Part shown: in pieces, positions 10,166-20,736 of the stretch
Layout: the number at the start of each line of letters is the position of its first letter
Position numbering within the stretch: position 1 is the first letter of the stretch
Assembly (NCBI GenBank): GCA_965205015.1
Contig: OZ242029.1
Location: 3,424,001-3,488,000 of the forward strand
Reading direction: 5' to 3'
From: Candidatus Poribacteria bacterium
GTDB taxonomy: Bacteria > Poribacteria > WGA-4E > WGA-3G
Length of the DNA stretch: 64,000 bases
Translations under genes and position numbers: made by a program
The notes under the pieces: generated by a model
What the model was told of the DNA's origin: nothing
Seen by the model: only the letters and a program-made list of their open reading frames with translations
Database searches by the model: none

Positions 10166-10846
10166 TCAAAGCCATTCGTGCATTTCCCAGCCGGATGCGA
10201 GTGCCTTCTCACGAAGTGCTTTCCCCGGATTCACAACAACCGGATTCCCAACACATTCCAACATCGGTAGATCGGATTGACTGTCGCCGTAAGCGTAACT
10301 CTCTTCCAGTGAAATGCCGTGTTGCTCGGCATACGCTTGCACGGCTTTTGCCTTTTCCTCGCCAATGAGGGGTAGGGTTGTAAGTTTACCCGTGAACTGC
10401 CCGTTTTGTTCATGAAGTTGCGGTGCCAATACAGAATCAACAGCGAGATGGTTCGCTATCGGTTGGGCAATAAAATCGAGCGATCCGGTTACGAGAACTA
10501 TGGTTATGCCTTGCTCCTTGTGTTCCTGAATTTGGGACATCGCGGCAGGGAAGATCTTCGGACGAAGATACGTCTCGAACATTTCGGTAGCCAAGTCCTT
10601 AGTATCGGCAACACCCATCCCGCGGTAGTTACGATAAAACACCTCATTGAAACGGGGACGACTGACGCTGTCCAAAATTAGGTAGTAAACAATCTTTGGC
10701 AGAAACCCAACAAGCCACAAGTGTTTTAGGAGGAAGGGTATCTGGGCAGCGCGCATCCAGATGTAGTAATGTACAATCGTGGACTTCAATAAGGTGCCAT
10801 CCACATCAAAAAATGCAGCGGCTTTTTTCATGGTCGGATCCGACAT
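10166..10846 (-). CDS. HAD-superfamily subfamily IB phosphatase (SerB-like; ElbB-like by context)
   Basis: FFDVDGTL, VTGS, K, YGDSQSDLPML motifs. Confidence 0.9.
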   Translation of the reverse strand: MSDPTMKKAAAFFDVDGTLLKSTIVHYYIWMRAAQIPFLLKHLWLVGFLPKIVYYLILDSVSRPRFNEVFYRNYRGMGVADTKDLATEMFETYLRPKIFPAAMSQIQEHKEQGITIVLVTGSLDFIAQPIANHLAVDSVLAPQLHEQNGQFTGKLTTLPLIGEEKAKAVQAYAEQHGISLEESYAYGDSQSDLPMLECVGNPVVVNPGKALREKALASGWEMHEWL

Positions 10847-10855
10847 GATAGTATC

Positions 10856-13800
10856 CTAAGAACCTTCCTGTTGTCTCAGTATGTCTCCAAGTTCTGCCAC
10901 CCGATTTTGTGCTAATTCCAAGAATTCTTGGTATTTGTCAGGGTCAATCGGTGTTTTGTCCTGTTTCCCCCAATCCTCGGGTGGGAAGGTAAACGGTTCA
11001 CCAAAAATGATACGAACGGGGTGTTTCTTAGGGAAGTTCTGTCCCTTCGGCAAGGCGTGGTAGGTCCCTTCAATGTAAGCCGGTATAACCGGGACGTTAG
11101 GCGTGTAGATGAGCAAACTCAGCACCCCCGGTTTGAAGGGTTGAAGTTTACCATCAAGTGAGCGTGTCCCTTCAGAAAAGATGAGCAAGCCGTTATTTTC
11201 TGACATCACCTCGTTTGCTGCCCTGAGATCCTGTAGAAACTCCGTAAAATTACCCTCCCGCTCTATCGGCAGTGCGTTAAGGCACGTCCGAGCAAACCAA
11301 CCTTGAAAACGTGTGGCAAACCAATAGTCCCGTGCAGCGAGCGTCCAGAGTCGGTACGCCTTCGTACCGAGCGCAGTGATCACCGTTAACGTATCAAGGT
11401 GGCTCGTGTGATTCGGCATAATAATGTAAGGTTTGTCCTGCGGAATATGCTCAAGCCCATAGCATTTCAATGAAAAGTAGTTTCGGTAGATGCCGGTAAT
11501 CACCGTGCGGAAGGCGCGCGCGTACCACGGCGGGACCTGCCTGAACGCAAGCTTCCCATCCTTGCGAAGTTCATCTTTCTCTTTCACAGTGTCTGTGGGA
11601 AACGTCTCGATTAATGTGACAACATCACCGACCGTCTCCAAATTAGCGAGTAGCGCATCGGGAATAGTTTCACCGAGTCTGGATTCAAGAACCAACAGGA
11701 GATCAAGGCGCGTGAGTGAATCAAGCCCTAAATCGGTATCCAAACGACTCTCCCGTTGGATTTGCTGTGCGGGCATGCGCGCCAATCGTGCGAGGGTAGA
11801 AAGGATTTCTGCGGGTATGTCCGATTTTGGTGCGACACTATCCACAGCCGCGGTAGAGCCCTTCTGAAGGTCTACCATATTTTTAATATGTGTCTCCACA
11901 CTACGCCTTAGACTTTGTCGATCTACGCTCCCATCCGCAGTCTTTGGTAGCGGATCCTCCCAGAAATGGGATTTGTGGAATTGTTGGTAACTCGGTAGTT
12001 GCTTTGCTCGTGTTTGAAGGTAGTGCTGAATCTCCGCTTTCGTTGCTTCATCTGGCGATTTCGGCACGATCACGGCATGTATAGCCGTATCCGATCCGTC
12101 TTCGTAGGGAATGCCGAGGACACACATTTCAGAGATGGTTTCCGAGCTGTCCCGATAGAGTGCTTCCAATTCAACGGGATAGATATTTTTCCCTGATGCG
12201 GGGACAATAATGTTCTTGCAATGCCCAGTGAGATAGAGGTAGCCCTCCGCGTCCATGTAGCCTAAATCCCCTGTGTAGAGCCATCCATTGCGAATAGCCT
12301 TTTCTGTAGCATCCGCGTTCTGATAGTAGCCCTTCATTGTACTCGGTCCCTTCGCGATAATCTCCCCGACCCCATGGCTATCCGGATTCTCAATCTGAAG
12401 TTCCACGCCTTCCACCGCTGGACCCACCGAGCCCCGTTTACTTTTTCGATACGGATTGACACTGAGAACGGGTGCTGTTTCGGTCATACCGTAGCCTTGG
12501 TAAAGCGTCATACCGAATTTTTGGAATCCGTCGTAAATCGCATCCGACAGCGGCGCACCTCCACTCACAAGGACGCGTATTTCACCACCCATGACGGCTT
12601 GGGCTTTTTCTACCAATGTTTCACCGGGGGTGTCTGCTCGCGATGCTTGTCGTTCGATGGTGCCTTGGAGCATCTGAAAAAGGCGGGGAACACCGATAAA
12701 AGCCGTGGTCTTTGCCTCACGCATTGTCTTCAGAAGCGTTGTCGGACGAAGTGCATTGACGTAAGTCGCAGTCGTGCCGCTGTAAAGTGCCATTAATAAA
12801 CTACACGAAAAACTCAATGCGTGATACAACGGAAGTGCTGACAGGATCCGCTCTGTGTCTGTCGGTGGGAGTGCTTTTGCCACTGCTTGGACATTAGAAA
12901 TAAAACCCCCGTGTGTAAGCATCGCGCCTTTCGCTTCAACAGTGGTCCCCATCGTAAAGATAATCGAGGCAACCGTGTCTGGAGAAACTGTCACATTCGG
13001 AAAATCGGCGGGAATCTCGGCGGTAGCGGTTTTGCCCTCCGTCCCATCGGACGCCCCCACAATTTCGCAGTTCTTGTTGATGTTTTGTAACATCGTCCCT
13101 GGTAGTGATAGGGTCTCAACATCGGATTTTTCTAATACACTTTCGGAGGCTAAAATTGATTTCGCAGCGGTGAACTCGGCGATTGCCAAGATTTCATGAG
13201 CAGGCGTTTGCGCGTCAAGCGGAACAACAGCGATACCTATCTGAACAGCCGCGAGGTAAGCGATACACCATTCCGGTTGGTTTTCAGAAACCAACACCAC
13301 CCGGTCGTCTTTTCGCAAACCGCTTTCCCATAGCTGCCATGCGACGTGGCGCGACAAGGTATACGTCTCGGCATAGGTATACGCTTCCCACCCGCTTTCG
13401 TTTGCCATCTGCAGCGCGATTCTATCTGGGATTCGCGCGGCTTGTATTTTAATCAGGTCTACGATCGTTTTTGGGACAATCCATTCGGGGACCGTAGCGG
13501 ACTCCTCGGACTCATCTTGTGAACTTGCTTTCTCCTGTTTGGCAGCGGAAGATGCTTCTGTATCGTTTGCTGTGTTATCTTCAATCTTCAATACATGTCT
13601 CTTTATACCGGGGATATGAATCTCTTGGAAATACTGCTTCCAGTGGATCCGTGAAACATCGAAGTTAAAGCGCTGCTGTTCTGTAGGGGAAAGTGCCTCA
13701 TAAAGTCCTTGTGTCTTCTCCGTTTCAAATTCAAAGTTGGTTCGCGTATAAGGCGCATAGATTCTGATGTAATGCAGGAGTGCTTTGATACCGCTCTGCT

Positions 13801-15166
13801 TCAGGACAAGTTGGCGGCGTTTGCGTTTGGCGGCACGTATCGGAAGTTTACCGAGTGTCTGAACGGCAAGGTCAACCAGACGCATACGACTATCCAATTT
13901 CTGCTGAAATTCTTCTAAACTCGGATATTTCCAGATGGGTACCGTAACGGGTTTTCCATCCTCTATCATTGGATATTTCATAAAATATTCGTAGGTTGCC
14001 TCAAAGATACCTCGAAAATAGAGCGGATTCTGCGTCCCCGTCGCGACATGATACACTTCAATGCCGCCGCGTCTTGCCGTCGCCTCAGCGGCTGCCAAGA
14101 TAGCGTTCACTACGAAATCGACGGGAATAATATCAAGAATTATATTCGGGTCTGCCGGGAAATCCGGAAGGCGCCCTTTCCCAAAACCGACGATCAGAGG
14201 TTCGCACATCCGAAATCCGCCGAGCCATCCGGGTTCAGGCTCATCAAAACTACTCTCAATAATTGAGGGACGTACGATAGCAGTCGGGAGTTCGCCGCGC
14301 AATTCCATAACCATCTGCTCAGCGAGAAATTTCATATAGGTGTAAGTGTCATTCCATCCGCGTGAGCGAGCGTGCTTCAACCCTTCCTCAACCAAGCGTT
14401 CCTCAAGCCATTCTGCCTTCAACTCCTCGATCTGTGCCTCGAGTCCCTTACGCGTTCCTTTTATTTGCGCCGCCGCTTCTTGCTGAAGGTTCGCGAGATT
14501 TTCAGGCGATTCGGTTTCAGCACGGATAGCAGCACTCCGGGACAGCAACTCTTCGATTTCCTCAGAGAGCGTTTCGGGGATAGCCATTCCTGTCTTTTCG
14601 CGGTGTTGTATTGCGTAGTCTTCATAGGGCGGTGGAAGTTCTTCAAGCACACGTCCGGGTTTATCGCCGCAGACGTATGCTGTTGAGATATGGAGGAACA
14701 CGGCATCCTGGCAGCCTCTTGCGAAGTTGACAACGTGTTTAGCGGCGAGGGCATTTCCCCACAAAGAATCATCGACGGGTGGATCAAAATCCACAAGACC
14801 CGCTATATTAATAAAAACGTCGACTTCGTGCTGGAGTCTTTGGTATTCCGTATCGCTAAATCCAAGATGCTCGTGGGTGAGATCCCCTTCAACAGCCGTC
14901 AGTTTCTGCTGCGCCCATGCCTCAAAATTTTCGCCGTGTAGTCGACGAAGAGATGCGAAAACATCTGAGGCGAGAAGTTCATTTTCTAAGCGTTCTTGGG
15001 CGGAAGTGTGCTTCCCAGTGGTATCGGTGCGACTCCGAATGAGGAGATAAATCTTTTGGATATCGGGAAGTGCAGTTAAAATTTTTGCGACCATCGGTTG
15101 CCCCAAAAAAGCGGTGCCACCGGTAATGAGCAGAATTTTTCCCCGAAAAAAATCAGTTATTGACAT
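10856..15166 (-). CDS. elbD: Multidomain fatty acyl reductase / acyl-AMP ligase / ACP / acyltransferase (ElbD-like ether-lipid enzyme)
   Basis: TGGTAFLG, YTYMK and RPSII (FAR); GYGMTE and TGDLG (AMP-binding); LGLDSL (ACP); NHTSHLD and EGTRS (PlsC). Domain order matches myxobacterial ElbD. Confidence 0.85.
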   Translation of the reverse strand: MSITDFFRGKILLITGGTAFLGQPMVAKILTALPDIQKIYLLIRSRTDTTGKHTSAQERLENELLASDVFASLRRLHGENFEAWAQQKLTAVEGDLTHEHLGFSDTEYQRLQHEVDVFINIAGLVDFDPPVDDSLWGNALAAKHVVNFARGCQDAVFLHISTAYVCGDKPGRVLEELPPPYEDYAIQHREKTGMAIPETLSEEIEELLSRSAAIRAETESPENLANLQQEAAAQIKGTRKGLEAQIEELKAEWLEERLVEEGLKHARSRGWNDTYTYMKFLAEQMVMELRGELPTAIVRPSIIESSFDEPEPGWLGGFRMCEPLIVGFGKGRLPDFPADPNIILDIIPVDFVVNAILAAAEATARRGGIEVYHVATGTQNPLYFRGIFEATYEYFMKYPMIEDGKPVTVPIWKYPSLEEFQQKLDSRMRLVDLAVQTLGKLPIRAAKRKRRQLVLKQSGIKALLHYIRIYAPYTRTNFEFETEKTQGLYEALSPTEQQRFNFDVSRIHWKQYFQEIHIPGIKRHVLKIEDNTANDTEASSAAKQEKASSQDESEESATVPEWIVPKTIVDLIKIQAARIPDRIALQMANESGWEAYTYAETYTLSRHVAWQLWESGLRKDDRVVLVSENQPEWCIAYLAAVQIGIAVVPLDAQTPAHEILAIAEFTAAKSILASESVLEKSDVETLSLPGTMLQNINKNCEIVGASDGTEGKTATAEIPADFPNVTVSPDTVASIIFTMGTTVEAKGAMLTHGGFISNVQAVAKALPPTDTERILSALPLYHALSFSCSLLMALYSGTTATYVNALRPTTLLKTMREAKTTAFIGVPRLFQMLQGTIERQASRADTPGETLVEKAQAVMGGEIRVLVSGGAPLSDAIYDGFQKFGMTLYQGYGMTETAPVLSVNPYRKSKRGSVGPAVEGVELQIENPDSHGVGEIIAKGPSTMKGYYQNADATEKAIRNGWLYTGDLGYMDAEGYLYLTGHCKNIIVPASGKNIYPVELEALYRDSSETISEMCVLGIPYEDGSDTAIHAVIVPKSPDEATKAEIQHYLQTRAKQLPSYQQFHKSHFWEDPLPKTADGSVDRQSLRRSVETHIKNMVDLQKGSTAAVDSVAPKSDIPAEILSTLARLARMPAQQIQRESRLDTDLGLDSLTRLDLLLVLESRLGETIPDALLANLETVGDVVTLIETFPTDTVKEKDELRKDGKLAFRQVPPWYARAFRTVITGIYRNYFSLKCYGLEHIPQDKPYIIMPNHTSHLDTLTVITALGTKAYRLWTLAARDYWFATRFQGWFARTCLNALPIEREGNFTEFLQDLRAANEVMSENNGLLIFSEGTRSLDGKLQPFKPGVLSLLIYTPNVPVIPAYIEGTYHALPKGQNFPKKHPVRIIFGEPFTFPPEDWGKQDKTPIDPDKYQEFLELAQNRVAELGDILRQQEGS

Positions 15167-15366
15167 AATTTTCTTTTCTTGTCATGATAGATATGTAAAC
15201 ATTTTTAATTGTACCTGGCGATTAAAAGCCTTGCATTGTTCTCAACTTATATTCGTAAATTGCGTCTAATCTTTCGGTAAATCGCCCACAACGCAGCTTA
15301 CAAGCCAAAACATCCTATTAAAAATAACACATTTTCTATAAAAAGTCAAAGGGAACCGAATAGAGA

Positions 15367-16566
15367 ATGCTACCAGAAGAAGAGAAGTTACAATTTTTAC
15401 AAAAGACGGAACTTTTCGCAGAACTCCCGCAAACCGAATTAAAAGCGATCTGTCATATTGCAAACGAAGTCGCGTACCCAGCCCATTCAACGCTTTTTGA
15501 GGAGGGGGATGAAGGCGATTCGCTCTACTTATTGGTTGATGGTGAAGTCAGCATCATCAAGGCGGGAACGGAAGTATTGTTCTTCAATGAGAAGGGATAC
15601 TGCCTTGGGGAAATCGCCCTGATTGACAATAAACCGCGGAGTGCCACAGTTAAGACGGTGAAACCCACACAATTTTTAAGGATCACGAGAAGCGATTTTT
15701 ACAACGCTATGGCACGAGAACCGCGAATTGGGAGTGGGATGTTCCGAGTCTTGAACGAGAAGATCCGACGCGACCTCGAGATTCAGATGAGTGCTATCCG
15801 TAAGGAAATCGCCCAGGAAGAATCAATGCGGCTTGCCGCTGAAGTCCAAAAGTCTCTCCTCCCAAATGAAGAAATCGCGCATCCATGTGTGAGTTCCGCC
15901 GGATATTGCAGACCCGCAAATAGCGTCGGCGGCGATTATTACGACTATCTGGAACTTGCCGACAACAGCGTCGCCATTTTCCTCGGCGATGTCATGGGGC
16001 ACGGCTATCACTCGGCAATGGTTGCAGCGATGACGAAAAGTTGCTTACAAACACAGATCCGCTTTGATGCTTCTGTACCGGAAGTCATGAACGCCATTAC
16101 CCGTGTCACGGAAGAGGATGCCCAAACTTTTATCTACATGACCTGCTGCTATCTTATCATTCACCCGGACAATCGGTTAGAATTCGCCAATGCCGGTCAT
16201 CCGCAGATGCTCCTCTATCGTGCCGAACAGGACCGCACCAACGGTGAAAATGGGAGTTTCATTGAGTTAAAATCCTCCTTTCTGCCGGTCGGTATCTCGA
16301 TGTCCGACACACCGACGCAATACTACAGCACTGAAGTCAAGTGGTATCCGGGTGACCTGTTGGTACTTTATTCAGATGGGATCACAGAAGCGTTCAATCC
16401 TAACCAAGAAATGTATGGATTCGACAGGTTCAAAACACTCATTTCACAAAAACAGCATCTGTCCCCAGAAGAGATAAAGGCAGAGATTCTGTCCGACCTT
16501 CAGGTGCATCAACAGGATGAAAGCACCAATGATGACATTACATTGGTTGTGGCAAAGTTTCTGTAA
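15367..16566 (+). CDS. Cyclic-nucleotide-binding domain fused to a SpoIIE/PP2C phosphatase
   Basis: LGEIALIDNKPRSATV (cNMP); GGDYYD, GDVMGHG, YSDGITE, DDIT (PP2C). Confidence 0.92.
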   Translation: MLPEEEKLQFLQKTELFAELPQTELKAICHIANEVAYPAHSTLFEEGDEGDSLYLLVDGEVSIIKAGTEVLFFNEKGYCLGEIALIDNKPRSATVKTVKPTQFLRITRSDFYNAMAREPRIGSGMFRVLNEKIRRDLEIQMSAIRKEIAQEESMRLAAEVQKSLLPNEEIAHPCVSSAGYCRPANSVGGDYYDYLELADNSVAIFLGDVMGHGYHSAMVAAMTKSCLQTQIRFDASVPEVMNAITRVTEEDAQTFIYMTCCYLIIHPDNRLEFANAGHPQMLLYRAEQDRTNGENGSFIELKSSFLPVGISMSDTPTQYYSTEVKWYPGDLLVLYSDGITEAFNPNQEMYGFDRFKTLISQKQHLSPEEIKAEILSDLQVHQQDESTNDDITLVVAKFL

Positions 16567-16571
16567 GTACT

Positions 16572-17768
16572 CTACTTGAGTTGGCTGACGGCATAATACA
16601 TGATATTTTCCATGAGGGCTTTGTTCACGGAAGTGGTGTATTGGCTATCGTTACGAAGGCTGGTAATAATGTATAATCCCTTGCCATACCTTCTTGCCCC
16701 GGCAACGAGTTCCTTATTGTCCTCGGTCGTCGCAAAAATTTCATCGCCTCGGCTCCAGTCTACCCATGCGTCATCAACAAAGATTTTGCCAGACTCAATT
16801 TTGTTGGGGGTCGAGAAAAGGGAAATGCCTTTTTCTTTAACAGCGAAATGTTGGGTGGGTGGGCTTTCAACGCCTTTCAACTTACCTTGTAGCCACCCGA
16901 CACCGCACGGCTTCTCAACACTACTGTCCTGCCCCGTAACGACGACAATGCCACCCTTTTTCACAAATGTTTTAATCTTCTTTTCTACTTCACTGGAAAG
17001 GAGGTAGTGTCCATAACTCGAAATTTCTTCGTATCCGATCCATAGAATATCGGCTTTTTCTAATTGCGGCAACTTCTGTTCTCTGGTGGATTCATGTGCA
17101 ATGGAACGTTTGCCGACTTTTTTCACAGCGCGCAGTGCCATATATTCGTACGTGGCAGCATTCGTATAAACTGGGACTTGACTCCATGTTGGGTGCGTGC
17201 TATTTCCTGTGAGCACCAGAACTTTGACGGCATCTTTCGGCGCGGCAACCCACATTTTACCCTTTAACATGTCGAGAACTATCGATTGGAATGCCTTTGT
17301 CTTGCCATCATAAGTCCGGGACATCATCGGATCAATGTGCGTGAATGTCCACCATGAGCCACTGTAGCCACCGCGATAGGCGCGCATCTGAAACCATGTA
17401 TTGTCAATGAAACACATACTATCTATGCCGTAATGCTCACGATAGAAAACGATGATAGGCATGCCCTGTTTGAGCAGTTTTACCATCTTCTCCGGCGAGG
17501 TGCCTCGCTTGTAATGACCCGTGGCAAAGTTCATCTTAATTTCCTTGAGTCCGCTTTTCCCTTTGACATCTTTTTTGACGGTAACAACGCCTCGCAAACG
17601 TTTTTGATCAACACTCTTTACTTCGCCAAAGACGATGTTCGTACAAGCATCAAGGACTTCCCGAATCGTATACTCGCGCTCAATAAACGCTGGTGCCGTT
17701 GGCACGAAAAGTAACCCGAGAAAACAGAATCCTAACGATAAAGCAATGAGATTATATGTAAAGCGCAT
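16572..17768 (-). CDS. Secreted hypothetical protein
   Basis: 398-aa ORF with a signal peptide. The C-terminal half is loosely class I GATase-like. Confidence 0.7.
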   Translation of the reverse strand: MRFTYNLIALSLGFCFLGLLFVPTAPAFIEREYTIREVLDACTNIVFGEVKSVDQKRLRGVVTVKKDVKGKSGLKEIKMNFATGHYKRGTSPEKMVKLLKQGMPIIVFYREHYGIDSMCFIDNTWFQMRAYRGGYSGSWWTFTHIDPMMSRTYDGKTKAFQSIVLDMLKGKMWVAAPKDAVKVLVLTGNSTHPTWSQVPVYTNAATYEYMALRAVKKVGKRSIAHESTREQKLPQLEKADILWIGYEEISSYGHYLLSSEVEKKIKTFVKKGGIVVVTGQDSSVEKPCGVGWLQGKLKGVESPPTQHFAVKEKGISLFSTPNKIESGKIFVDDAWVDWSRGDEIFATTEDNKELVAGARRYGKGLYIITSLRNDSQYTTSVNKALMENIMYYAVSQLK

Positions 17769-17867
17769 GGTGGAATCCCCTTCTATACATGCCAGATTTT
17801 CTAATTAATGGATATTGTATTATATCTGCGTTGAATTTTCAACTATTTTCCGTCTCGTTCACAAGTT

Positions 17868-19514
17868 ATGCCAGAATTAAGACTTTCTCTTTTAATGGAG
17901 CGCGCGATCCAAAATCTCCAGCCAAAAGACACACGGTTTACGTCAGCACACATCTATGACGCTGCCACTTACATCGGATTCCTAATTTTTGTCCTCGCCT
18001 TACCGTTTGGCTATTCGACAGCGTTCCTCAACATCGGACTTTCGTTTGTGTTATTCGGATGGGTAGGACGCATCATTGTAGAGGTGAGGTCACCTCGCCC
18101 CTACAATTGGCAGCGCACGCCCCTTGACGTTCCTATTTTGCTGTTTCTCGGATTGGGTTTAATCGCCTCACTTCTTGCGCCGCACCCTGCCACCAGTAGC
18201 CTCGGCTATTTTTGGAAACATCTCCGGGCAATTTTGCTATTTTATGCGGTTATTCACAGTCGATTCGGCACTCGATGGCGACATATTGTCATTGCCTTCA
18301 TCGCCGCGGCTGGGGTCTCTTCTGCACTTGGACTCTATTATTACGCGAATGACACCCGGTTAGCGATTGATTTTATGGGGAGGATTGGGTTACAATTTCA
18401 GGAGGAACTCTCTGTGGGTGAGGGCCCAAATTTACAAATGTCGGATGAATTACGCGCTGAGTTGCGAAGTTGTAATGTACCGCTCTCTCAAACCGCAACG
18501 TTTGTAACTTCAAAGCACCCCGACGAGTGGCGCATTGACGATCCAGCAAGAGATAGACGCTATACCGTCCGTAAGAGTGAGACGCATCTGATGGTGTACA
18601 TGATCGAGCAACGGCTCACCGGAACCTTCAAGATGCCGAATGACTTGGGGGCATATCTCGCCCTTGCCCTTCCGTTTGTTATGGGCTACTTTGTGGTTGG
18701 GTGTAGTGGTTTGGCTTGGGCAGGTACAAGACCTGCCCCTACACCGGAACAGAGGGAAGCCCATCGAAAATCACAACGCGTCTTGATGTGGGCGACCGTG
18801 GGGCTCGGTGTCGTTTTAGTGCTAATGGGGGCAAATTTGGCATTGACGCTGACGCGCGCCGCATGGGTGAGCGTCGCTGTAGCAGCATCTTGCATCGGCG
18901 GCTATTGTGTTGTCAGGACCTTATTAACGCGTGTATCATGGAAAAAAAGCGTGCTCGGGGTAGCGTTCATAAGTATTGTGTGCTGTGTGTTAATTGTGAA
19001 TACGAGTTCTCGTCAGGCGATAATTGGTATCGTCCCTGGACACATCACGGAACGCTTACAAACGCTGATTGCGCAACCGGCGGGGTTCATGAGTGAACGT
19101 CCACAATGGTGGCGTACCTCGCTTCAAATGATCCAGAAATATCCACTGACCGGCATTGGCTTGGGTAGGTTTCGTTATGCGTATCAACACAACGGACCGG
19201 ATGAGCAGTACTATACACCCTATCACGCCCACAACATCTACCTACACATTGCCGTTGAACAAGGCATCCCATCGCTCTTTGTATTCTTGTGGATAGTGGC
19301 AATTATCTGTCGGCAGGTTTTCGGCATGCGAAAGACGAACGATCTTTGGAAAATGGGAACCTTCATCGGGGCAAGCGGGTTTCTAATCTCTGCGCTTGTT
19401 TATGGACTCGCAGATAATATTCTACATCAGCGTACAGTGTTGCTTTTCTATTTTATTCTCGGCATAATTTTTTATACACAACAGGATGGACATAGCAGCA
19501 ATCGATATCTGTAG
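17868..19514 (+). CDS. O-antigen ligase (Wzy_C) family membrane protein
   Basis: Many TM helices, PNDLGAYL, LTRAAW, PLTGIGLG, HAHNIYL. Confidence 0.88.
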   Translation: MPELRLSLLMERAIQNLQPKDTRFTSAHIYDAATYIGFLIFVLALPFGYSTAFLNIGLSFVLFGWVGRIIVEVRSPRPYNWQRTPLDVPILLFLGLGLIASLLAPHPATSSLGYFWKHLRAILLFYAVIHSRFGTRWRHIVIAFIAAAGVSSALGLYYYANDTRLAIDFMGRIGLQFQEELSVGEGPNLQMSDELRAELRSCNVPLSQTATFVTSKHPDEWRIDDPARDRRYTVRKSETHLMVYMIEQRLTGTFKMPNDLGAYLALALPFVMGYFVVGCSGLAWAGTRPAPTPEQREAHRKSQRVLMWATVGLGVVLVLMGANLALTLTRAAWVSVAVAASCIGGYCVVRTLLTRVSWKKSVLGVAFISIVCCVLIVNTSSRQAIIGIVPGHITERLQTLIAQPAGFMSERPQWWRTSLQMIQKYPLTGIGLGRFRYAYQHNGPDEQYYTPYHAHNIYLHIAVEQGIPSLFVFLWIVAIICRQVFGMRKTNDLWKMGTFIGASGFLISALVYGLADNILHQRTVLLFYFILGIIFYTQQDGHSSNRYL

Positions 19515-19522
19515 GAATGAAA

Positions 19523-19613
19523 CGCAAGCCTGCAACAACGGAGCAGGCGACTCTTGAGGAAAGCAAGTCAAAGTTCTAACTCACGTTACTCATCCGCAAG
19601 GAAAATTAGAAAA
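19523..19613 (+). repeat. About 90-nt dispersed element, copy A (others at 28573-28662 and about 49115-49200)
   Basis: CGCAAGCCTG...AGGCGACTC, variable core, then CCGCAAGGAAAATTA. End spacing is identical in copies A and B. Confidence 0.7.
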
Positions 19614-20561
19614 ATGAAACGTCGGAACCCGATTGACATATCATCTGTGACAACCTATCCACTTCAGGACCGTGTTAGCAAGGTCTCCGTCCGCGATTTC
19701 GCGACGCTACCGGAATTAGAAGTAGACCTATCCCCATTTTTAGCAACGCTGCCGAACATCCTCAAAGGACAGGATTTTTTGGCACTCGTCGACGATATTG
19801 TTGGTGCCTATCAGAACAAAAAACCTGTCATCGTGATGATGGGCGGACATGTCATCAAATGCGGATTGAGTCCGTTCTTAATTGACTTAGCAAAGCGTGG
19901 CGTGGTTACTGGGTTCGCCTTTAACGGCGCAAGCAGCATTCACGATTTCGAGATCGCGCTTATTGGAGAGACCTCAGAGGATGTCGCTGTCTATCTACAG
20001 AGTGGTCAATTCGGGATGTGGGAGGAAACAGGACGCTTGATGAACGCAGCGACGCAGCACGCCGCAGATACAGGGATCGGAATGGGCGAAGCACTCGGCA
20101 GGCAACTGATTGAGCTGGACGCGCCCTATAACGCGTATAGTCTTCTGGCTTCCGCGGGTATCCGATGCGATGTCCCAATCACAGTGCATGTCGCGATCGG
20201 CACGGATATTATCCATCAGCATCCGTCTGCGAACGGCGCCGCTATCGGTGCCGCGAGTTTCACCGATTTCCGACTCTTAACGACGTTAGTGACGGATCTG
20301 GAAGGCGGTGGTGTTGTCTTGAATTTGGGTTCGGCGGTCATATTGCCTGAGGTGTTTCTGAAGGCGTTGACAATCGCCCGAAATTTAGGGCATACGGTGT
20401 CCCAGTTTACCGCCGCTAACTTCGACATGAATCAACAATACCGTCCCGTAGAGAATGTCGTCAAACGTCCAACAGAGACGGGCGGTAAAGGGTATACATT
20501 CACAGGACATCATGAGTTGATGATTCCGCTTTTAGTGCAAGCGGTTTTGTCTCGGTTGTAG
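19614..20561 (+). CDS. Conserved protein, deoxyhypusine-synthase-like fold
   Basis: MGGHVIKCGL, HDFEIA..GETSEDV, GTDIIHQHP, GSAVILPEVFLK. Function not certain. Confidence 0.6.
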   Translation: MKRRNPIDISSVTTYPLQDRVSKVSVRDFATLPELEVDLSPFLATLPNILKGQDFLALVDDIVGAYQNKKPVIVMMGGHVIKCGLSPFLIDLAKRGVVTGFAFNGASSIHDFEIALIGETSEDVAVYLQSGQFGMWEETGRLMNAATQHAADTGIGMGEALGRQLIELDAPYNAYSLLASAGIRCDVPITVHVAIGTDIIHQHPSANGAAIGAASFTDFRLLTTLVTDLEGGGVVLNLGSAVILPEVFLKALTIARNLGHTVSQFTAANFDMNQQYRPVENVVKRPTETGGKGYTFTGHHELMIPLLVQAVLSRL

Positions 20562-20736
20562 ATGGTACGGTGTGTTTTTATTACTGTCTTCGAGAATGAA
20601 AAACAGTTTACATTTGGGATAAAAATATGGTACAATTAGAGGGGTGTGTAAAGTTTTTGGCATTAGACCTCCGCCGCCTTTTCTGGGTAGGGAAACACCC
20701 AGGCAAAAATACACGATTTTGACATGTTTCGTCTTC

